From the NCBI GenBank assembly GCA_036477795.1, contig JAZGDL010000435.1:1-63721 (forward strand): a DNA stretch of 63,721 bases, written 5' to 3'. The position numbers were made by a program, and so were the translations under genes. Below the pieces are notes generated by a model that searched no databases, was not told where the DNA came from, and worked only from the letters and a program-made list of their open reading frames with translations. This DNA is from Phycisphaerae bacterium. Lineage in GTDB: Bacteria; Planctomycetota; Phycisphaerae; UBA1845. Positions 41,462 through 48,115 of this stretch are shown one piece after another; the stretch's first letter is position 1, and each line of letters opens with the position of its first letter.

Positions 41462-43153
41462 ATGAATGGCAAACGGTTCTCAATCGCCGTCGCACCGTGG
41501 TTGGTGTTCATGGCTTCCACATCCTCGGCGGCGACGTTCCACCATCAGGGCGTTGTCGCGGTTCAGGGCGAGCGCTTCACCGGCCAAGGTCTGTTCCGGT
41601 TCGCATTGGTCGATCCGGATACGGACGTCTATCTGTGGACCAGCGACGGCAGCGCCGTAGCCCACCCCGATCCGCCGACCGCCGCTGTCTCGCTGACCAC
41701 CGTCAACGGCGTGTACAACGTACTTCTGGGTGATCCGTCCGTCACCAACATGACCGCGATTCCCGATTCGGTATTCGCTGCAAACGAGAACGTCGTCCTA
41801 CGTCTTTGGTTTGACGACGGCAGGGGGAACGGCACCCACCGCCTCACCCCCGATGTCTCGATCACCGCTTCGCCCTACGCCCATCAAGCCAGGAGCAGCG
41901 AGCGGCTCAACATTCCCGGGACCGACACCGCAGCCGTCACCGTGGCGGGCAACGGCAACGTCGGCATCGGCACGGACGACGCGACAAACCGCCTGACCGT
42001 CCAGGGATCGGCGAGCATCAGCGACGACCTTGGCGTGGGGACCGATGCCCCTGACAACACCCTGACCGTGGCGGGCGACGCCGACTTCACCGGCAACGTG
42101 GGCATCGGGACGACAGACCCCAGTGCCAAGCTCGACGTGGAGGGAACGACGGAACTCAACGGCGACGTCACCATCAACAGCAACCTGACCGTCGGTACGG
42201 ATACGCTCTTCGTGAGCGGCACGAGCGGCAACGTCGGCATTGGAGTCACCAACCCACAGAACAGGCTCGACGTCGAAGGCGGAGCGGTGATCGGATCGGT
42301 TTATTCCGGGACCAATATCGCCCCTAGCAACGGGCTGCTCGTGCAGGGTCGTGTCGGCATTGGCACATCTTCGCCGATCGCTCAACGACTGCACGCCAGG
42401 GGCCCGGCTGCATCCGCCGGCGTAGTCTTGCCTCAGCATCACGTTGCCTACATCGAGAACACAAGTGAGTGTTCCGAACCGTGCATTATCTTGAACCTTG
42501 GTGGCTTGGGGATCAAGACCAGCTACTTTAACCTTCCCGGGGACCGCGATCGATTCATTACCTTCTTCGGCCGGAACAATTTGCACGTGGGCAGTATTCG
42601 CGGTAATGGTTTCAGCGGGATCAGCTTCGTTAGCGGCGGAGGTGACTACGCTGAGTGGCTGCCGAAGCGTGACAGCGAGGAGACGTTCGAGCCCGGCCAG
42701 ATCGTGGGCATCCACGCAGGTCGGGTGTCGAAAACTCTGACCGGCGCCGATCACGTGTCAGTCATAAGCACCGGGCCCATCATCGAAGGAAATTACCCCG
42801 GGGACGCCCTTCGTCACACGCATATCCCCGTGGTGTTCGTCGGGCAGGCGCCGGTCCGCGTGCGCGGTCCGGTGAACGAAGGTGACGTCGTCATAGGCAC
42901 AACGCATGACGGCGTGGGCGTGGGCGTCGCCCCGAGCGCGGTTCCGGTCCACCAGCTTGGACGCGTCGTGGGCACCGCGTGGACCGGTTCGGATGACGAC
43001 GGGGTGAAGGAAATCAACGTGGGCATTAATCTCGGTTCGAGTACGACCGGCACGCAGGTGTTGGTTGCCGTGATGGAAGCCCAAAACCGAACGATTGAGG
43101 CTTTGCAAGCAAGAATATCGGCCATCGAATCCCGACTGGACAACGCGCGATGA
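41462..43153 (+). CDS. Secreted fibre-like protein with a C-terminal peptidase-G2-type (neck-appendage) chaperone-like domain
   Basis: AGGAGG upstream of the start. Signal peptide present. It carries the shared N-domain (HHQGVVAVQGERFTGQGLFRFALV). GNVGIGT-type repeats follow. The C-terminus reads GGGDYAEWLPKRDSEETFEPGQIVGIHAGRVSK...HVSVISTGPIIEGN...GDVVIG, ending in a coiled coil. Confidence 0.85.
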   Translation: MNGKRFSIAVAPWLVFMASTSSAATFHHQGVVAVQGERFTGQGLFRFALVDPDTDVYLWTSDGSAVAHPDPPTAAVSLTTVNGVYNVLLGDPSVTNMTAIPDSVFAANENVVLRLWFDDGRGNGTHRLTPDVSITASPYAHQARSSERLNIPGTDTAAVTVAGNGNVGIGTDDATNRLTVQGSASISDDLGVGTDAPDNTLTVAGDADFTGNVGIGTTDPSAKLDVEGTTELNGDVTINSNLTVGTDTLFVSGTSGNVGIGVTNPQNRLDVEGGAVIGSVYSGTNIAPSNGLLVQGRVGIGTSSPIAQRLHARGPAASAGVVLPQHHVAYIENTSECSEPCIILNLGGLGIKTSYFNLPGDRDRFITFFGRNNLHVGSIRGNGFSGISFVSGGGDYAEWLPKRDSEETFEPGQIVGIHAGRVSKTLTGADHVSVISTGPIIEGNYPGDALRHTHIPVVFVGQAPVRVRGPVNEGDVVIGTTHDGVGVGVAPSAVPVHQLGRVVGTAWTGSDDDGVKEINVGINLGSSTTGTQVLVAVMEAQNRTIEALQARISAIESRLDNAR

Positions 43154-43198
43154 CGCGGCTTGTCGATGCGGGCTGGCCATACCCGAAGGAGAACCTAC

Positions 43199-44011
43199 AT
43201 GATCCGTTTAATGATCGCGTGTCTGTGCTCCTGTGCGGCTACGGCCCACGCCGGCCTGCACCACCAGGGCGTCGTCGCGGTTCAGGGCGAGCGCTTCACA
43301 GGCCAAGGTCTGTTCCGGTTCGCATTGGTCAATCCGGATACGGACGTCTATCTATGGACCAGCGACGGCAGCGCCGTGGTCCACCCCGATCCGCCGACCG
43401 CCGCCGTGACGCTCACCACGATCAACGGCGTGTACAACGTGCTCCTTGGCGATCCGTCGCTAACCAACATGACCGAGATTCCCGACGAAGTGTTCGCCCA
43501 GAACGACGACGTTGTTCTCCGTATCTGGTTCGACGATAACAACGGGCACGGCACCCACCGCCTCACCCCGGACCTGTCCATTGCTCCGGTTCCCTACGCC
43601 GCCCGCGCTTCCCGGTGCGATGGCATCGGTGTTCCGGGCAGCGCCGAACTGGCCGTGATCGCGGAACCCGACGGCGATGTATTGGTTCAAAGCGGAGATC
43701 TAATCGTTGAAAACGGGAATCTCACCGTGGGCGGGACCTTTACGAATTTCTCCGTGGTCGGACCGTTCTTCGTTACGGCGATCACTACCCCGAGGCCGCG
43801 GAGCGTGCAGCTTACCGAGATTGCAACGTCTTTCTGCGCGTTGACGGGGGAAGAGTTCGATCCCTCCCCGTCGTCCGGTATCGCCAGGGTATCGTGTCGC
43901 ATCCAAACATCGGGCGAGCACTGGACTCTGGTTGCGGAGCTCACCGGGAATCTTGTGGCGACGGGGGTAGTAACTTGTGAAGCGCGATGCTTCGTGTTCG
44001 AGGGCCAGTAA
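43199..44011 (+). CDS. Secreted fibre-like protein, shared N-domain plus an unassigned Cys-containing C-terminal domain
   Basis: AAGGAG lies 7 nt upstream of ATG 43199 (the longest ORF starts at 43160). Signal peptide MIRLMIACLCSCAATAHA. The N-domain is highly similar at the DNA level to 41530-41890. The C-terminus is FCALTGEEF...VSCRIQTSGEHWTLVAEL...VTCEARCFVFEGQ. Confidence 0.8.
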   Translation: MIRLMIACLCSCAATAHAGLHHQGVVAVQGERFTGQGLFRFALVNPDTDVYLWTSDGSAVVHPDPPTAAVTLTTINGVYNVLLGDPSLTNMTEIPDEVFAQNDDVVLRIWFDDNNGHGTHRLTPDLSIAPVPYAARASRCDGIGVPGSAELAVIAEPDGDVLVQSGDLIVENGNLTVGGTFTNFSVVGPFFVTAITTPRPRSVQLTEIATSFCALTGEEFDPSPSSGIARVSCRIQTSGEHWTLVAELTGNLVATGVVTCEARCFVFEGQ

Positions 44012-45788
44012 GGTTGCCGTGGAACGACGCATCGCGGTAACGGCCGGTTTGGTCCTCGGCATGATGCTTCTCCCCTTGCGTTGCTCGCTGCCGTCACCGG
44101 GTCCACCCGATGACCAACCAGGGATTGACGTCCTTGCGGCGCCGACATGTGACACTTCCCAATATCGCTGGGCAGTGCTGCCCGACGGGGACATCCCCCC
44201 CTCAGCCGAGACCGACGCGGTGCGTGCCCTGGCGGTCTTTGATGACGGATCAGGACCGGCCCTGTACGTCGGCGGACAATTCTCCTCGACGGGCGGCATC
44301 GAGGCGGCCAACATCGCTCGTTACGATGGGCAGGGGTGGACTGCCCTCGGGCCGGGTGTCGACGGGCCCGTGTTTGCGTTGGTGGTGTGGGATGACGGCA
44401 GCGGTCCCGCCCTCTATGCCGGCGGCGAGTTCACTCAGGCCGGCGATTCCTCAGCCCATTTCATCGCCCGGTGGGACGGCTTCAACTGGTCCTCCCTGGG
44501 CGAGACTGGGTGTGGCGAGTTGACCCGCGACGACTGCCTGGCCGCCGACGGCGTCCCCCATGGGACGGGCATGGGCTGCGAAGCCGTGTCATGTCCTAGC
44601 ACTCCCGCCGAAGCCTGCTGCCTCAGTATCTTCGGGCAGTCCGATGATTGCGCGGACCTTACCCGCGACGAATGTGTAGCCACGAACGGCTCGCCCCAGG
44701 GACCGAACACGCGATGTGACGCGGTGCAGTGTGAAGGTGCGACGCCAGAGGCCTGCTGCCTGCCGACCGGAGGCTGCGCTGATGCCGACTTCAATTCGTG
44801 TCGAATCCTGGGGGGCGTCGCCCAGGGATCGGGAACAGCCTGTGTCGGATTGGATTGCGCCAACCAGGCTACGGTAGCGTGTTGCCTTCAATCCGGCAGT
44901 TGCCGCGATCTGCCCGCGGCCGCGTGCGAGCGGGCTGATGGGACACCGCAAGGTCCGGGCTCGCTCTGCGCCGGTGTATCGTGCCCGCCGGCGCCGACTC
45001 AAGCCTGTTGCCTGTCCTTGCCGTTGAACGGCCCGGTCACGGCGCTGGCGAGATTTGATGACGGCGACGGCCCGCGACTGTACATCGGTGGGGCCTTCAC
45101 GCACGCGGGCAGCCTGGCAATCAACGGTATCGCCCGTTGGGACGGAACGACCTATCACCCGTTGGGAATGGGTGTTGATAGTGTCGTGTTCGATATGGTC
45201 GCCTACGATGACGGCCTCGGGCCGGCGCTGTACGCGGTCGGCCCGTTCGCGACCGCCGGAGGCAGGACCGTCAACGGTATCGCTCGATGGGATACCCGGG
45301 AATGGTCATCGTTGGGCGACGGACTCAGCAGCGCGGCGCTCGCGGCGGCGGTCTTCGACGATGGATCGGGGCCCGCTCTCTACGTCGGCGGCGCGTTCAC
45401 CATCGCCGACGACGTAGCCGCCGGGTTCATCGCCCGCTGGGACGGATCGTCGTGGTCGCCACTGGCTGACGGGGTTGACGGCACGGTCAATGCACTTCTC
45501 GTGTTTGATGACGGCGACGGGGGTGACCTGTACGCCGCCGGCGAATTCACGCATGCCGGAACGTCCCAAGCGGCTCACATCGCCCGCTGGTCCGGCCAGG
45601 AGTGGTCCGCGTTGAACGCCGGCATCGACGGTCGCCTTTCCGCGCTGGCGCTTTTCGCCTCCGACGACGAGGTGGCCTTGTACGCCGGCGGCACGTTCAC
45701 TCGCGCATCCGACGTGCAGGCCTACAACATCGCCCGATGGACCTGCGCCGCGCTACCCACGCGTGAATCGAACGATACGACACCGTAG
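43977..45788 (+). CDS. Secreted beta-propeller-like repeat protein with five tandem Cys-rich ACC repeats
   Basis: About 9 repeats of FDDGSGPALY(V/A)GGxF...IARWDGxxWxxLG. Cys-rich repeats lie at about 44505-45025. The true start may be the GTG at 44019, just after the upstream stop (taagg SD-like). Confidence 0.8.
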   Translation: MKRDASCSRASKVAVERRIAVTAGLVLGMMLLPLRCSLPSPGPPDDQPGIDVLAAPTCDTSQYRWAVLPDGDIPPSAETDAVRALAVFDDGSGPALYVGGQFSSTGGIEAANIARYDGQGWTALGPGVDGPVFALVVWDDGSGPALYAGGEFTQAGDSSAHFIARWDGFNWSSLGETGCGELTRDDCLAADGVPHGTGMGCEAVSCPSTPAEACCLSIFGQSDDCADLTRDECVATNGSPQGPNTRCDAVQCEGATPEACCLPTGGCADADFNSCRILGGVAQGSGTACVGLDCANQATVACCLQSGSCRDLPAAACERADGTPQGPGSLCAGVSCPPAPTQACCLSLPLNGPVTALARFDDGDGPRLYIGGAFTHAGSLAINGIARWDGTTYHPLGMGVDSVVFDMVAYDDGLGPALYAVGPFATAGGRTVNGIARWDTREWSSLGDGLSSAALAAAVFDDGSGPALYVGGAFTIADDVAAGFIARWDGSSWSPLADGVDGTVNALLVFDDGDGGDLYAAGEFTHAGTSQAAHIARWSGQEWSALNAGIDGRLSALALFASDDEVALYAGGTFTRASDVQAYNIARWTCAALPTRESNDTTP

Positions 45789-45948
45789 CCTGCCGTCCCT
45801 ATCGTTTATTCCGTATCTCTTTGTCAACAAACGACTTACCAATTGACGCCTGGGGGAACGCCGCAAAGCTCACCCACCCTTGATGATGGTTCCTGGAGGC
45901 TGTGAAATAGGCCCGGTTCGTGTTTTGCTGCTGCTCATCCGTGGGGTG

Positions 45949-46083
45949 TTCCTTGACCGAGCGGAACTCGCCGCCGAGGTTTTCGGGATGGACAGGTCCA
46001 ACGTAGCCAACGTGTTCGATGCTGGAGCCACGGAGCAAGGGCGACCATACTTCGTCATGGAGCATGTCCCCTTGAACGATTAC
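45949..46083 (+). pseudogene. Ser/Thr kinase remnant (subdomains IV-V only)
   Basis: NVANVFDAGATEQGRPYFVMEHVPLNDY matches the HPNI..VFD.G...GRPYFVMEYV.G stretch. Compare GRPYFAMEHVEG in the intact kinase at 48116. No ATP-binding or catalytic loop follows. Confidence 0.45.
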
Positions 46084-46136
46084 GCCGTTGGCGGTATACG
46101 AGGGGGGCAAGGCGTGTGAAACTGAGGAGCTGGGTG

Positions 46137-46553
46137 ATGCGGATCGTGTCGCGAACGCTGTGTTTGTCTATGACAGTGGCTGCGCTTGGGGGCGCAAGCG
46201 GCTGTCTGGTTGTAGCCGCTGCCGCCGGGACCGGTATCTCCGTGGTCTACTTCAAGGGCGAGTTCAGAGCCCGGCTCGCAGCGTCGCCGCAGGCCGTGAC
46301 CAGCGCCGCCGCCGCCGTGCTACGCGATATGAAGATGTACATCTTGTCCGAGGAATCGACCCAGATCGACGGCCGCATCATCGCACGGACCGCGACCGAC
46401 AAGAAGATCACGCTCACCATCAAGAGCGAAGGCGGCGGGATCAGCAAGCTGGCCATTCGCGTCGGCATCCTCGGTGACGAATACCTCAGCCGGGCCATCT
46501 ACGACAAGATCCTCAAGAGCTTTCCATCCGAATCCACCAGCGACGCGAGCTAG
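46137..46553 (+). CDS. DUF3568-like lipoprotein
   Basis: GAGGAG lies 7 nt upstream of ATG 46137. Lipobox LGGASGC. KLAIRVGILGDEYLSRAIYDKILKSF fits the DUF3568 pattern (IRVG.fGD...S..I). Confidence 0.7.
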   Translation: MRIVSRTLCLSMTVAALGGASGCLVVAAAAGTGISVVYFKGEFRARLAASPQAVTSAAAAVLRDMKMYILSEESTQIDGRIIARTATDKKITLTIKSEGGGISKLAIRVGILGDEYLSRAIYDKILKSFPSESTSDAS

Positions 46554-46915
46554 CTTCTTGAGCGCGACTCCCTTCGGTTGGCTGGGTGGGATGGCCACGT
46601 TCCTGGGTTTGAGGCGCCGTATCTTGACCGACTTGTTCTCGTGAGTGATGGTCAGCTCATCGTCGACCACGTGGGCTCCACAGTTTAGGCCCACTCCAGA
46701 CGCCCATCCCCCACTCAGATCACGTTCTAGCGGCCTTGCTGCGGACCTTGTGTAGCGTCGGATGGGTGCCATGGTGTGACACCCAGGCTTGACCGATCTC
46801 AGCCCCGATCCGCCTGTCCTGTGCTGGTCCACCGATTCTTGTGCTTCGCGGGATTGCTCGTAAGACGTTACGGCTCAAGCCGTTATGCTAGCGTGCAGTA
46901 ATCCCTGGAGGCAGC

Positions 46916-47122
46916 ATGACCAAGCACACGAATCCGCCCAGAATCCCGCTCCCCCAAGGTTGGCCCCGGCGCGTCAAGTCGGCCATGCTGCACGTTATCT
47001 CGTTGGCCCAATACTCCATGGCCTACACGCGCGGTGGGGCGGCCAACAGCCCGATCGCCCGAGTGCGCCTCAAGGCGGAAAACGAGCGACTCAAGCAACA
47101 GGTGCCGCTGCTCATGGAGGAG
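46916..47122 (+). mobile_element. N-terminal remnant of a transposase (integrase-core type); no catalytic domain present
   Basis: RIPLPQGWPRRVKSAMLHVISLAQYSMAYTRGGAANSPIARVRLKAENERLKQQVPLLMEE resembles the conserved N-terminus of planctomycete-type transposases, from memory. The sequence becomes low-complexity afterwards. Confidence 0.4.
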
Positions 47123-47463
47123 ACGGCATCTGGCAGCTCCTGCCATTGCCTGCGCCCAAACGTCGCCGTGGTGAAGCCCTCTCCATCGGCGATGTGTTTC
47201 GATCACTCGGGCCCCAGATTCCTGACCACAAGCCGCCTCAGACTTCAAGACCGCCGGACTCCCGCGCTTCCTGACGCCGGCAACAGCCCATAGCAGCCGG
47301 TGGCGATTCCAGGAGACGGGCGGGCGCAGGATCGCGCTGTCGGCGGTGCGGCAGCACACGGGGCTCGGCGTCAAATGTCGCGCCATGGCTTGATTCGATT
47401 CATCGCCTTGTGGTAAACTACAGGGCGCATCGTTTATGGTTGATGTGAGTCGGTAAACGCGCG

Positions 47464-48090
47464 ATGATCACAGATGCAGGCCAGTTCAACGCGAGTACCT
47501 TGCCTACACTCCTGCTCAGACGCTCCGCGCGGTTGAATCGGTACGTAAGTTCAAAGATACCCCGGACGCTGACGAGCCGTATTGCCGCCGAGGACATCCT
47601 CCAGGAAGTCTGGATCGCTGCGCACCGGCGGATTTCGCATTTCAGGCCGCACGGACCGGGTGCGTTTGACCAATGGTTGTTTGCGATCATCAACAACAAG
47701 CTGCTCGACGCCATCAAAACGGCGCGGCGGGTCAGACACGGCGGAACCGCGCGCTGGACGGATCTTGACCGTCACAAGCAATCTTCTTTCCTGAATGTCT
47801 TCGGTAGGGCTGCAGCATGCTACCGTACTCCCAGTAGCGAGTTTTCTTCCAAGGAAGCGATCCGCGCTGTCCGGATGGCGATCGACAGCCTTCCCGACGA
47901 CCGTCGGCGAGCCATTTGGCTGATCGATATCGATGGCTTCTCGGTCGCCGACGTTGCTCGAAAAATGCACAAGACCACTACCGCGGTCAGGGGTCTGTTG
48001 TTCCACGGCCGTCGCCAGCTCCGCGAGCGGGTAGGGAATGCCGCGAGCTTCTTCACCGACGCGGCTTCGTCCGAAACCGCACCTTTGTGA
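47464..48090 (+). CDS. ECF-type RNA polymerase sigma factor
   Basis: Region 2 is EDILQEVWIAAHRRISHF...FDQWLFAIINNKLLDAIK. Region 4 is LPDDRRRAIWLIDIDGFSVADVARKMHKTTTAVRGLLFHGRRQLRE. Confidence 0.9.
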   Translation: MITDAGQFNASTLPTLLLRRSARLNRYVSSKIPRTLTSRIAAEDILQEVWIAAHRRISHFRPHGPGAFDQWLFAIINNKLLDAIKTARRVRHGGTARWTDLDRHKQSSFLNVFGRAAACYRTPSSEFSSKEAIRAVRMAIDSLPDDRRRAIWLIDIDGFSVADVARKMHKTTTAVRGLLFHGRRQLRERVGNAASFFTDAASSETAPL

Positions 48091-48115
48091 TGGCCGTGCT
48101 TTATGTTAAGCTGCC

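Noticed and set aside
41530-43620. Diversity-generating retroelement (template/variable repeat pair) explaining the near-identical fibre segments
   Set aside because: No reverse transcriptase gene is present. The mismatches between the two copies are not adenine-specific (T/C, C/A and G/A changes in both directions). The similar region is the conserved N-domain, not a C-terminal variable tip.
2497-44011. Prophage or tailocin interpretation of the tail-fibre-type genes
   Set aside because: No capsid, portal, terminase, sheath, tube, baseplate, lysis or integrase genes occur in the window. Every fibre-like protein carries a Sec-type signal peptide, which phage fibres lack.
46320-46832. 170-aa minus-strand ORF
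   Set aside because: Its 5' half... more precisely its 3' half is antisense to the well-supported DUF3568 lipoprotein gene. The remainder (…VVDDELTITHENKSVKIRRLKPRN…) might be an IS relic, but I could not match it to any family.
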